A DNA stretch of 64,000 bases. Source: Squalus acanthias. Lineage: Eukaryota. Shown here in pieces: positions 37,543 through 49,785 of the stretch. The stretch covers positions 74,092,001-74,156,000 of the forward strand of contig CM059432.1 of the NCBI GenBank assembly GCA_030390025.1, in the 5' to 3' direction. The notes under the pieces were generated by a model that was not told the origin of the DNA, searched no databases, and was given only the letters and a program-made list of their open reading frames with translations. Each line of letters opens with the position of its first letter. The first letter of the stretch is position 1. A program made the position numbers and the translations under genes.

Positions 37543-38399
37543 AGTCTGTTCTCATGTGAACGTTATCAGTGAATGCTAGTATTTGATTGAGACCCCTAAT
37601 TTGTCACTCACCCCATCTCTTCCAGGAGGGGTTACTCTACAGCAATTAGCAGAAACCCTGGCTGCGTTCTCTTGCTTGCCCTCTACCCCATAGCAATTGT
37701 TGCGACAACTAAATATAGCATCTGACGACCACACTTTTTGACAGCAAACTCATTAGAAAGCAGGGGTTGAAACTGGGTCTTTGCTAGTCTGTATCGTGTG
37801 GCATCCGATGTAATGTGCATTGAGTCAATGGAGGTTGCTCTTTGAATTTTATGTTAAATAAGGCTCACTCCTGGATTGTGGGCTTTATAGTAATCCTTCA
37901 TATTTATCTTAACGTAGAAAGCAATTTAATTGTTTTGTAGCACCGTTCTTCTGTCAATTGCTAGAAATATCTTGAAATGTTATACGTTTAATGTGATCGA
38001 AACAGGTTTTCCCAAACCTAGCTGACTTTCCCTGTTCCCTTTGAATATATTTCTGTGTGAAGTATTAATGTAACCTGACTTGCATCAGATTGGGTCAGAA
38101 CAGAAATATTAAACTATTAGCATCCCCTTTCAATTATTTGGACCATGTTACAACTTTGGCTGCTGTTGCTTATTGCATTTGTGTAGACATTAAATCTGTT
38201 AGCCTGCTGCTATCAATGGTTGAGTCTGTCTGAAAGTTGAAAAAGCACCCATTGATTGTGGGTTGAGATAAACTCATCCAGTATGCAGACATATTTCTGA
38301 AGAGCCTAGAATCTTTAACTGGGCATTTAAAATAGTGGTTGGCTTTTGTCCATTGTTGGGCTGCAGCATGAAATGGGATAACTGGACACAACCTCCAGA

Positions 38400-38785
38400 C
38401 GCCTCAAAGCACTTCACAGCCAACAAAATACTTTTGAAGTGCAATCACTGTTGTAATGTAGGGAAAAGCATGAGCCAATTTGTGCGCAGACAGAATCCAC
38501 AAACATCAATGAGGTAAATGACTAGATAATCAGTGTTAATGTTAGTTAATGATATTGGTTGAGGGATAACTGTTGGCCAGGACACCAGGAGAACTCCACT
38601 GCTCCATGGGATCTTTTACGCCCATCTGAGAGGGCAGATGGGACCTCAGATTGTTCTCATCCAAAAGAGAGCCAGCACTGCACTGGAGTCAGCCTCGATT
38701 ATGTGCTCAAGTCTCTGGAGTGGGATTTAAACCCATGACCTTTTGACTCGAGAGGCAAAAGTGCTGCCACTGAGCAAAGGCTGAC
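38400..38785 (-). mobile_element. DeuSINE (SacSINE1-like), near full length
   Basis: Minus-strand head gtcagcctttgctcagtggcagcac...gggtttaaatccc and Deu core 'ccatgggatcttttacgcccatctgagagggcagatgg'. Confidence 0.88.
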
Positions 38786-38864
38786 GAGTAGCCCATATTG
38801 AAGCAATAACATTGCTTTCCCATTTTTGGTTTATAAAGGAAGCAATCTTTCAAATAAAGCATTA

Positions 38865-39125
38865 AACTAAGGCCTCACCTGCTTGTTCAAATGGATGTAA
38901 AAGATGCTGTGGCACTTGTGCAAAGAAGCACAACATTCATCCCTCAACCAACACGCCCAAAACAGATTTCCTAGTCATTAATCTCATTGCTGCTTTGTGG
39001 AAAAAAAAAATAGCTGCTGCAATTGCCCACAAAACAGTGATTGCACTTCAAAAGTAATTCAATGGCTGTGAAGTGCATTGGGACAGCATAAGAACATGAA
39101 AGGCATTATTTAAATAACTTATCAT
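38865..39125 (+). mobile_element. DeuSINE 3' half, degraded
   Basis: 'ggatgtaaaagatgctgtggcac', 'ccctcaaccaaca...aaaacagatt' and 'cacttcaaaagtaattcaatggctgtgaagtgc'. Confidence 0.8.
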
Positions 39126-39174
39126 TCCTTATTTCTTTAATATTTTTACCCCTCTTTCTATTTGCTGATCTGTC

Positions 39175-39285
39175 TCTACCTTCCATCCCTTTCACCTCCC
39201 TGCTTTCTCTCTCCCCCATTCGCTTTCCCTCTCCCCCTTTCACTCCATTCCCTCTTTCTCCCCCCCCCACCCTTTCCCTCCCCGA
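39175..39285. repeat. Polypyrimidine low-complexity tract
   Basis: About 110 nt composed almost entirely of C and T. Confidence 0.7.
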
Positions 39286-39739
39286 CAGTTACCAGCTGTA
39301 TTTCAAAGAGCATTTCTTCTCTTCCGTGCCTACCAACACATGAGACAACCCATTCCTTCTCTGCTTTGCATCTATCGGATTGTGCTCTGCGGTGTCTGTA
39401 ACCAAGTCCCTTTTTATGTAGATAGGTTGTTGGCATGAATTATAACTCCCTACCAGGAGAACTGGTCTGATGCGATGGGTTTCGCCACTTCACTCCCATC
39501 AGACGCGGTTAACCCGCTAGATGTCAAGTCATCATTCAGACACTGCAGCTCACCGGAGCTGTCTGGAGTGTGATTCGGACGCATAACCTGGTTGATTTGT
39601 GCAGGAATGTTGTGTATATGGTAGTATGGGCATTATAAACTCCTGATAAAATTTGTTTCTGTTGGTGGGGGTGGAATAGGCAAGTGACACAGCGTGCTGG
39701 AGCAGTGGCTTTGGATAGTACAGAGTGATTATTTTTATC

Positions 39740-40335
39740 TTCCCCTTACCACCTTCCCCCTTGACTGGTTCTGTTTATACTTGTCACAATGGAGGCACTA
39801 AATCACCTCGAATGGTTCCCCCTTGGTTACCTCAGTCCATATTTGGTCCCCTCTTCACTATTTATTTCCCTTTGGCATTATTCAAAAATATGGGGGTCTG
39901 CCCATGTCTTAACCTGCACAAATGTCCTGTGCTCCTTGCACCCCTGTCCTCACTAAGCTCCACTGGCACCCTTGCCTGGTAAGTTGAGTTCAGAATCTTT
40001 GTCCTTATTTTCTTATCCCTTTATGGTCTCACCCCACCCTAGCTTAGTGATCTCTTCCAATTTTACATGCAACCTCTGCTCTAACGTTGAGCTTCTCGAC
40101 CTCTAATATATCTTTATTTACTTGTTCTGCTGCCATCTGAAATTCTGCTTAGTTCCCTCTGCCTTGCCACCTCCCTCCTTGTTTTCAAAAATTTTTTTTC
40201 GACTGTCTTTGGTCCTGAAACTGAATGTTCTACATTTTTTTCCCCTTTTACTTGACATCCACTAATCCTTTCTTCCTAACTAACTCTTGAAACATCTTCC
40301 TGATATGAGAACTGTTAAAGAAATACAAGTTGTTG
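39740..40335 (+). mobile_element. Old L2 LINE fragment
   Basis: 'gttacctcagtccatatttggtcccctcttc' (PQSIFGPLF) and tail 'aaatacaagttgttg'. Confidence 0.6.
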
Positions 40336-41842
40336 CATTCAATTGTTGGTTTATATATAATGAATATCCGTATCATCAGGTCTGTCCGAGAGGGAGTCTG
40401 ATTAAGGCCAGTATGTTTTGCATATTTGGAACTTGCAATTTGAAGTTTGTAGTAGCTTAACTAACTTTTTGTTGCTAAAAATGGGATGTCAAATTTGATA
40501 AAGAAATAGCAGCACATGTACATGGTATTAATAATTAAACTAAGAATATTCAGTGTTCATCTATAATCTTTAATAATGACTTTACATCCCTCTTTTGAAT
40601 GCACTATAGAAAAATTAGGCCAAATGATGTCAGCCCACGATGTTGCTTTAAGAATTTGTATGACACATTTCTCTGTGCGTGGCAAGTTCAAATGATTTTG
40701 CAGGATAGTATTTAAAACCAACCAAATGCATATTCACTTGATTACAAATTTGCATCTTCGGTAACTGACTTCATATACACACCAGGCTGTAAATCGTGGA
40801 TTTAATTTAGAAGTTGTACTGGAGAGAGAGAGAGAGATTTAAAAAAAAAAATTATGTAGGTTTTATGAAGCTTTTGTACGGCTGAGTGTGCGTTTACATA
40901 ATTTGAGACCATTGTAGATTTACACTTTATGAAAGTGTATATTTTATGAAGCCATTGTACATTTTGATTCTGCGGTGCTTGAGAGAGGAGTACATTGATC
41001 CTTGGCATGACATGTTTACACTGGGACTAGTATAGATTAGGGGGTTGTTAGTTTTTTTGGTTTGGTTTCCGACGGTTAGTTTTGGCCTGGGATGGGGGGG
41101 AAGAAGGCCCTGCATGATAATTGTCTTGGTTGGGGTTATTACCCTTTCTGGCTAGTAGGTAGGTGCTTTGCTTGGGGGGAGGGGCAGGTTGGGCAGTTTG
41201 CATCAAGTCTCTCAAGATCAGGCTGCTTGATATTTCCCCCATTCTGGGCAGAGGCTGAATATTACTAATATTGATTGGGATACGTCCCATGTACTTCAGT
41301 TGTGGGGAGGGCTGCACTCTGCCACAGAAGGTTGCCACAGATTGCAACTAGACTTGTGCTAGCCTACTTGTGAAGTGTGGGCTGTCCCAGCAAGCACTGA
41401 GCTTGTCCTTTGGGATTGTAAGACCATTCGTGGTCCTATTGGTCCCAGGACTTGTGTCCAGAATGGTTCGTTGCGGGGGCATCCATGGGAGGGTGCAGTT
41501 CAGGCTACAGCCCTGGAGGGAGAGATTTCAATCAGATTCTACTTTCCTCACCTAACAGAATTGAGGGAAGTGGTAAGAATGACTTGAGCTATTGAGAAAA
41601 AGTTGACTTCCTTTCCTTAAAATGCGAGACCGTACGATCTGGGGACACGGAATCCTTGGAGCCATGTTTAGTGATTCGGTTACTTTACTATCTCTCTCCA
41701 GTGTGTCTGGGGGGTGACCAAAAACGTCCTCTATTTCTGCCCTTTAACTGGCGCTGTGGACTAAATACATGCTGAAAATATAGTGATCTATCCTTCTGCA
41801 TGCTGTGTGAAAACCCATGTAAATGGATCATTTGTGAAGATT

Positions 41843-42576
41843 GGCCTGGAATTTGCAGTGGGAGTAACAGCGTTACCCCTTTGAAACTGGCCACAACTTC
41901 AGGATTTAGTGCACACGCATCCTAATGTGGAAATCCTGAAGTTGCGGTCTGTCATTCACTGCTCCGATACTGACTGCGCTGTGCCAGCCACCCCGCCCCC
42001 CTCATAAGCCAACATTCAGTGTAATCAGGGAAATCAGTGAAACTGACAAAAACTTGGGCTTTCTGCGGTAATATCGCTGTTAAATACCTCATTAAAAGTT
42101 AGACCTTGTTGGATTAGGTGTAACTGGGGTTTTAACAGCGTATTGACTGCTAAACAAAAGTTATGGCCCCGAAGAACTAATTTTAATTTTGTGGAGTGTC
42201 AAATTTTTCTATTATAATGAAAATCACAATTTTTAAGAAACTTAAAAATAATTTTTTTTTATAAAAGTTTACTATTTTTTTCCAGAGTTACCTTTTCCCC
42301 CCATGTGAGAGCCTCAATCTTTGTTTCGCTCTCTAACATTTAAAAAAAGTCAGAATAAAAGGAACTTCTTCACTTCCTGGTTCCCGGCCTGTGAGAATTC
42401 TGCATTGTGATTGGCTACTTAGACAGCTTGTTGTCACAGCAGATGGAATTCCCACTAAACTGCACATCGAAAAAGCCCAACTTCTCGCCACAGAGATCAC
42501 GAGATCTTTGTGGGCAGCTTTCTTCGGGGCCAGCGGCCAAGGACTTTGCTTCACCGCTGACTGCAAATTATGGGCC
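41843..42576. mobile_element. Non-autonomous DNA transposon (MITE), PIF/Harbinger-related, 734 bp
   Basis: TIRs GGCCTGGAATTTGCAGT and ACTGCAAATTATGGGCC match at 14/17. Flanks are ATT and AAT. Subterminal hairpin and AT-rich centre as in 11336-12054. Confidence 0.78.
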
Positions 42577-42614
42577 AATGTGTTTTGGTTTCATTTTCCA
42601 CCTTTTAGTAAAGG

Positions 42615-42710
42615 CAGAGGAAGGGTCGTCGACCTGAAACGTTGACTCTGTTTCTCTCTCGACAGATGCTGCCTGACCTGTGCGTATTTCCAGCATTTTC
42701 TGTTTTTATT
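42615..42710 (+). mobile_element. Penelope pseudo-LTR fragment, truncated at the hammerhead core
   Basis: 'gaagggtcgtcgacctGAAACGTTgactctgtttctctctcgacagatgctgcctgacctg' matches 43973-44060. Confidence 0.85.
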
Positions 42711-43961
42711 ACTTAACAGCTATATTGCTTTATATTTAGTCCGGCATGTGGAGTTGCTGGAAATTACTGTACCCTTGAAACAATACAAGAAAGTAAGGGA
42801 AGAAAACAATTATCCTCACTTTTTCTATGGAATCAGTAAGTTAATTCTTTAAAAATAAGTTCTGTTTTTTCTCCCATGCCTTTTCCTAGGCTGCACACCA
42901 GTTGAGTCAAGAGGCCAGGTGAGCTACTCCCTGGCCTCCACCAATATCACATGCACAGGCCATCAGGTGTGCAAGTTAAAGTATTAAGTCTGGTTTTGGT
43001 GGTGTTTTTATGCATGGGAATAAGGTTTATGTCTGAATTTCCCCATTTGGTGAATTCCTAATATTGGCTGTGTTGGGAGCAGGACCTAAGCAGAAACTAT
43101 ACTAGGAGAGGAAATCTGAATCACTGTTGGTTAGTCTTGAATACCTGTCAGCAACTGGGTTAAAACAGGTTGCCCACTCCCTTGGTAAGGATGAGAGGAT
43201 CTAAGAAGGCAGAGGAAAATAAACAGGAAATTTGGTTGGGAGCTAATTGGGTCTGAACATCCTTAAAGCACTTCATTAGCAAAGAGTCCTGCTTTGTTTT
43301 TAGCAGATTAGAACGGAAAGGTATATTCCCATGTGTTTGAGGTAGATTCTTCCAGACACTTCTGAGATTTGCCCTTTGTATTGGTAAAGCTGCTCAATCT
43401 GCTTCTGCATCCATCTGTTTTTTCCTTATTTTATTTATAATTTTCATAGCACCCATGTGTATTTCTTCATTTGTTTTCAAAGCAGTGTATGTTTTATTGC
43501 GTATTTATGCCATCAACAAAACAAAAGCAAGAGAAAGAGAAAACAATTGTGCTATTATGAATTTGGTATGAAAGGCTTATATATTGAAATTGATACTGTT
43601 GGCATAAAATGAGAAGATTTGTGACAGTATGCTGCCGAAATGCGAATTGGTGCTCCTGTGCTTCCACTCAAGACCCATGAAAATGGTCAGATTCAAGTGG
43701 TGTTGATTCTCTGATAACACCTGGAGCTGCCATTATAATAGATGCTTGAAATTTAGCATGTGAGTCCATCAGCCTGAAGGGTTCATCCCACTAAATAGGT
43801 GGACCCATTTCTGGACACACTGTACCACTTTACATGGGTCTGAGCGACTGTGTTGTAGCGACGTCAAATTTGTGATAGTACATCACAAATTTGGCCTAGT
43901 TTTTTGTTTCTACTTATGTGAATTTGTTGCCAAATTGATATCATAAGTGTAACAGCATTAG

Positions 43962-44096
43962 CCAGTTCTGACGAAGGATCATCGACCTGAAACGTTAACT
44001 CTGTTTCTCTCTCCACAGATGCTGCCTGACCTGCTGAATATTTCCAGCATTTTCTGTTTTTATTTCAGATTTCCAGCATCTGCAGTATTTTGCTTT
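43962..44096 (+). mobile_element. Solo Penelope pseudo-LTR, 135 bp
   Basis: Reverse complement of 1285-1420. Flanked by direct repeat AGCATTAG at 43954-43961 and 44097-44104, extendable to 13/14 bp. Confidence 0.9.
43964..44000 (+). ncRNA. Minimal type I hammerhead ribozyme motif (Penelope-associated)
   Basis: agtt-CTGACGA-aggatc/atc/gacct-GAAA-C-GTT-aact. Helix I is agtt/aact, the core is intact, helix II has one bulge and helix III is the palindrome ACGT. Predicted cleavage after 43996. Confidence 0.75.
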
Positions 44097-44220
44097 AGCA
44101 TTAGTCAGTTTACTCTTTTTCCAACCTTGCCATCTTTCCTCCCCTCATTATCCTGTTTTTGATGTGACAAATACAAAAGAATGTTTAAAAACTGATTTGT
44201 GTAGTAACCGAACTGTTTGC

Positions 44221-46385
44221 CATAGAAACATAGAAGATAGGAGCAGGAGTAGGCCATTCGGCCCCTCGAGCCTGCTCCGCCATTCAATGCGATCATGGCT
44301 GATCATCCAAATTCAGTACCCTGTCCCTGCTTTCTCCCCCTATCCCTTGATCCCCTTAGCCTTAAGAAATATATCTAACTCCTTCTGTGGTAGAGAATTC
44401 CACAGGTTCACCACGCTCTGGGTGAAGAAATTCCTCCTCATCTCAGTCCTAAATGGCTTACCCCTTATCTTTAGACTGTGACTCCTGGTTCTGGACTCCC
44501 CCTGCATCTAGTCTGTCTAGTCCTGTTAGAATTGTATAAGTTTCAATGAGATCCCCTCTCATTCTTCTAAACTCTAGCGAATATAAGCCTAATCGACCCA
44601 ATCTCTCTTCATACGTCATTCCTGCCATCCCAGGTATCAGTCTGGTGAATCTTCGCTGCACTCCCTCCATGGCAAGAACATCCTTCCTCAGATAAGGTGA
44701 CCAAAACTGCACACAATACTCAAGGTGTGGTCTCACCAAGGCCCTGTACAACTGCAGCAAGACATCCTTGCTCCTGTACTCGAATCCTCTTGCTATGAAG
44801 GCCAACATACCAGTTGCCTTCTTAACCACCTGCATGCTTACCTTCAGCGACTGGTGCACAAGGACACCCAGGTCTCGTTGCACTTCCCCTATTCCCAATC
44901 TATTGCCGTTCAGATAAACTGCCTTCCTGTTTTTGCCACCAAAGTGGATAACCTCACATTTATCCACATTATACTGCATCTGCCATGCATCTGCCCACTC
45001 ACCCAACCTGTCCAAATCATACTGGAGTTTCTCTACATCCTCCTCACAGCACACACGCCCACCCAGCTTTGTGTCATCTGCAAAGTTGGAGGTATTACAT
45101 CTAGTTCTCTCGTCTAGATCATTAATATATATTGTGAATAACTGGGGTCCTAGCACCGATCCCTGCGGTATCCCACTAGTCACTAGACCCGTTTATTCCA
45201 ACTCTTTGCTTCCTGTCTGCCAACCAGTTCTCTATCCAAGACAGTACCTTACCCCCAATCCCATGTGCTTTAACATTACACGCTAGTCTCTTATGCGGAC
45301 CTTATCGAAAGCCTTCTGAAAGTCCAAATACACCACATCCACTGGTTCTCCCTTATCTATTCTACCAGTTACATCCTCAAAAAATTCCAGTAGATTAGTC
45401 AAGCATGATTTACCTTTTGTAAATCCATGTTGACTTTGTCCGATCCTGTCACTGTTTTCCAAGTGCTCTGCTATTACATCTTTTATAATGGACTCTAGCA
45501 TTTTCCCCACTACCGATGTCAGGCTTACCGGTCTATAATTCCCCGTTTTCTCTCTACCACCTTTTTTAAATAGTGGGGTTACATTAGCTACCCTCCAATC
45601 CATGGGAACTGTTCCAGAGTCTGTAGAATTTTGGAAGATGGCCAGCAATGCATCTACTATTTCTAGGGCCACTTCCTTAAGTACCCTGGGGATTTATCGG
45701 TCTTCAATCCCGTCAATTTCCCTAACACCATTTCCCTACAAATGCTGATTTCATTCAGTTCCTCCCTCTCATTAGACCCTATGTTCCCCAACATCTCTGG
45801 GAGGTTATTTGTGTCCTCCTTTGTGAAGACAGAACCAAAGTATGTATTTAATTGGCCTGCCATTTCTTTGTTCCCCATTATAAATTCCCCTGATTCTGAC
45901 TGCAAGGGACCTACGCTTGACTTCACCAATCTTTTTCTCTTCACATATCTATAGAAGCTTTTACAGTCAGTTTTTATGTTCCCTGAAAGCTTACTCTCAT
46001 ACTCTATTTCCCCCCTCTTAATTAATCCCTTTGTCCTCCTTTGCTGAATCCTAAACTGCTCCCAATCCTCAGGTTTGCTGCTTTTTCTGGCCAATTTATA
46101 TGTCCTCTCCTTGGATCTTATGCTATCCCTAATTTCCCTTGTTAGCCACGGTTGCGTCACCTTTTTTGTTTTATTTTTATGCCAGACAGGGATGAACAAA
46201 TTCTGTAGTTCATACATGCGATCTTTAAATGTTTGCCATTGCCTATCCACCGTCAACCCATTAAGTAACATTCCCCAATCCATCCTAGCCAACTCGCACC
46301 TCATCATCGTAGTTTCCTTTATTTAAATTCAGTACCCTGGTCTCTGAGTCAACTATTACATCACTCTCCATCTTAATGAAATTGC
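44221..46385 (-). mobile_element. Young CR1 (HER1-like) LINE, 5'-truncated ORF2 in three long frames
   Basis: ORFs 45663-46307, 45283-45672 and 44458-45183 contain NYRPVSLTSVVGK, YLDFQKAFDKV, GIPQGSVLGP and FADDTKL. Tail (tttctatg)n. Confidence 0.96.
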
Positions 46386-47354
46386 CATGGTGGAAAAGTC
46401 AAACCATAGGAAGAGTAAATCTCAACTATGGAAAATTATACAAAGTCAAATTTTTACACTTTTTAGAGATTTTCAAATTGCCACTAAATTCTAGCATCAG
46501 TAACTTGTTGAAAAAAATAAAGCAATTTTTGAAGTTGTACTAGAAATCATTCTAGTTCTTGGTTTTATATTACTAAATCCACTATCATAATAGTGTGGGA
46601 GACAATTTTTCACATCATGCCTAATTTATTGCTGAAACGGGTACTTGCTGAGGTCCTGTTTTGGCAGTCATGTCACTTTGGTTCTGGCATTGGGGAAAGG
46701 GAAATATTTCTAACATGATATTTCTTGAATTTAGTGATGTATCATATTAAATGCTTTGCATCCTAACAAAGTCTGAACTTTATTAAGATGCACTTAAACT
46801 TTTATTACCTTTAGTTTATGCACCTGTCATGTTACAAGTCTGTGCTAACTCACCAAACATTTCAAGCTATTCCCTAGCTTTTATAACTGGACCTTAAATG
46901 AAAATGACCGATTCTGTACGCATCCTGTAGGGGATGTTGTCCTTGTGTTACCTGCTATTCTTGTATGCAGGCAACACTGTACTTTAAGTCTGAACTCTGT
47001 AGACTGCTTTTGTAAAATGTAGTCAAAGTTGTACCTAAAGTTAAATGAAATGAGATAAGCATACGTAGAGATCTTTTAGATTGTGTGTACCATGATGTGT
47101 TTCATATAATGAGAGTATACCAAGGCAAGAAAAATACATCTCGTCTCAAGTGGAGCACGTTACATGTACTGCTGCAATCCTGTTCCCCTCAGCAGGAGGA
47201 GATAGTACCTGAGCCTTGATATGAGATTTTTATCTTGCAGACTAAATAATTTTATCTTGCATTTTTTTTTTAAACCTTTGACTTCATGTTTTTAATACGT
47301 TATGCAGTTTAGGGACCTCAGAAGAAGAATTTTGCTCTGTCTGATCATAAGCCT

Positions 47355-47680
47355 GTGATTCAAAATTCTCATCATGTTCAAATCCCTCATGACTTCATCT
47401 CTCCCTATCTCTAACTTCCTCCAGCCCTACAAACTACCCCCCCAACACCCAACCAAACGTTCTGTTACACTGATTATGGCTTCTTGTGCATATTCCCTTT
47501 GGCTACCTTGGCCCCATGCTATGGAATTCCCTACCTACACCCCTCATTGCCTCCAACTCCCACTCCTCCTTTAAGACCCACCTCTTTCTCCTCCTTTGCC
47601 TTGGTGTATATTTTTTCTGACTAGTATGAATTGCCGTGGGACATTTTTCGACATTAAAGGTGCTATATTAAATGCAAGTT
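47355..47680 (+). mobile_element. L2 LINE 3' fragment
   Basis: 'ttcaaaattctcatcatgttcaaatccctcatg' and tail 'acattaaaggtgctatattaaatgcaagtt'. Confidence 0.8.
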
Positions 47681-48089
47681 AGTGTATTTGCATAATCTAA
47701 TGAGATATGAGGTAACACACTGTGCTTTGTGCATTCGGAACTGTTGATGGTGTGTACTTGAGTCTGCATAGAAAATATGTGAAGTTAGACTGCAGTTATA
47801 ATAAAAGAACATTTTCTTCTCGATGTAAAGGATGGTGAGCCAATATGGAATGTTATGTGTATTCACAATGGTCAAGAAACAGTATAATCAGTAGTGAATT
47901 GATTGACAATTGGAGAAGGGGGGAAAGAAGCAGCAATTGGAGAAAGGGATGCTGTAGGGTTCTATGATGCACTTGTTGCACTTTGAATGAAGATAATCCA
48001 AACCATGCTTTTAATAAAAACAGCTTTAGTATGTAAAATATAGATTAAAAACAATTAGAGCATAAGGAAATACAGTGCAACCTGAATTA

Positions 48090-48800
48090 CTTGTGTTCCC
48101 ATTATCCTCAAAATTGTGCAGGTACTTGAAGACCATTGGGGTGAGGGCTATTAGCATTTTTGTTTAAGCACCGTCTTCCTGCCAGCAGGATCATTTGATG
48201 CAGTCACAGCCGACCAGTTGGCTGTACTAGATCACAGCTTCTCCTCGTAGCAATCTGAAACTCCAACCACTGGACCTGTCACATACCTGAGAGAGACTGC
48301 TTAAAATGCTTCCTCAACACCAACTATTGGCCTCCAGTTATCTGATTAGCAAACTCCACAATGCTGATTGCAGTGGCTGCTGATTTTAAAAGCAGTTTCG
48401 AGTGTGCCTGTTTAAACACACTCCTGTGGTGGTGGGGCACCCATTTAAACAGACAGGCTCACTTGATTTTAAAGTTTACAGCTTGGCTGCATTGTGTGAT
48501 TGCAGAAGGTGGTTTCTTTAGCACTCATCTTGGTATCTGGGAGACTGTCATTGGTTTTGGGGGAACATTTTTGGCTGGCTTCAGGTTTGTGGCAAATCTG
48601 GTAACTAGAGTTGCACATGGGTGTGTAGGGGAGCTGTGAGCCACAGATCAGCTGATGCAGTACCTGTTGGCAGAACAAATTGTGATGAACACTTCTGAAG
48701 AAAACTTGAAGTGAGGAGAGCAAGCAGCATTGTATAATAATTTGAGGACTCTTTATTATCTGCCAATTTATCAACAGCCTAGTAATTCCCCCTCTCATCT
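48090..48800 (-). mobile_element. Very old RTE-like LINE RT remnant
   Basis: Minus strand gives GITRLL (YRGISLL-like), followed by a decayed QCGFRxxRST-like segment. Confidence 0.45.
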
Positions 48801-48819
48801 TTCTTTCACTGTCACTGTA

Positions 48820-49785
48820 TCATCAGGAGTTGGCCATTCAGCCCCAGGGGCCTGTTCTGCCATTCAATTAGATCATGGCTGATCTGTTTCTTAACTCCAT
48901 TTACTCGCCTTAGTTCCATATCCCTTAATACCCTTGCTGAACAAAAACCTTATAAATCTCAGTTTGAAATTTTCAATGGACCTAGCTGCAGCAGGTTTTT
49001 GGAGGAGAGTTCCAGATGTATACTACCCTTTGTGTGAAGAAGTGCTTCCTGACATCATCCCTGAGCGGCTTATTTCTCATTTTAAGGTTATGTCCCCTTG
49101 TTCTGGACATCCCACCAGAGGAAATATTTTCTCTCTCTACCCTATCAAATCCTTTAATCATCTTAAACACCTCAATTAGATCACCCTTTAATCTTCTATA
49201 TTCAAGGGAATACAAGCCTAGTCTCTGCACCCTGTCCTCATAATGTAACCCTTTTAGCCCCGGTATCATTCTGGTGAAGCTGCGCTGCATCCATTCCAAG
49301 GCCACTATATCCTTCCTGAGGTGCAGAGCACAGAACTGGACGCAGTACTCCAGATGTGGTCTAACCAGAGCTTTATACAACTGTAGCAGAACTTCCAGCC
49401 CCCTTGAGATGAAGGCTAATATACTATTAGCCTTTTAAATAATTTTTTCTACCTGTCCACTAATTTTTAGTGATTCCTGCTCTTCCACAGTTCCAAACTT
49501 CTCACCATTTAGAAAATACTCCGATCTATCTTCTTGGGTCCAATGTGGATGACCTCGCACTTCCCACGTTGAACTCATCTGCCAGAGTTTTGCCCACTCA
49601 CTTAATCTATCAATGTCCCTTTGCAACTTTCTGCTCCCATCTGCATTACTTATTGTACCACCTAACTTAGTGTCGTCAGCAAAAATGGATATATGGCTCT
49701 TTATTTGTTCATCTAAGTCATTGATAAATATAGTGAAAAGCTGAGGACCCAGTACAGAGCCCTGGGGACACCACTAGTCACGTCA
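48820..49785 (-). mobile_element. CR1 LINE 3' fragment
   Basis: YKALVRPHLEYCVQF...RRLKGDLIEVFK...FFTQRVV, GVPRALYW and ADDTKLGG. Confidence 0.93.

Noticed and set aside
41030..41700. Several 60-100 aa ORFs in a GC-richer patch
   Set aside because: Only a faint KCG...STELVLWDC zinc-knuckle-like trace, suggesting old Tx1/L1 debris rather than a gene.
44458..46307. Active autonomous CR1
   Set aside because: 5'-truncated, lacking ORF1 and most of the endonuclease, with deletions and frame breaks between the three ORFs.
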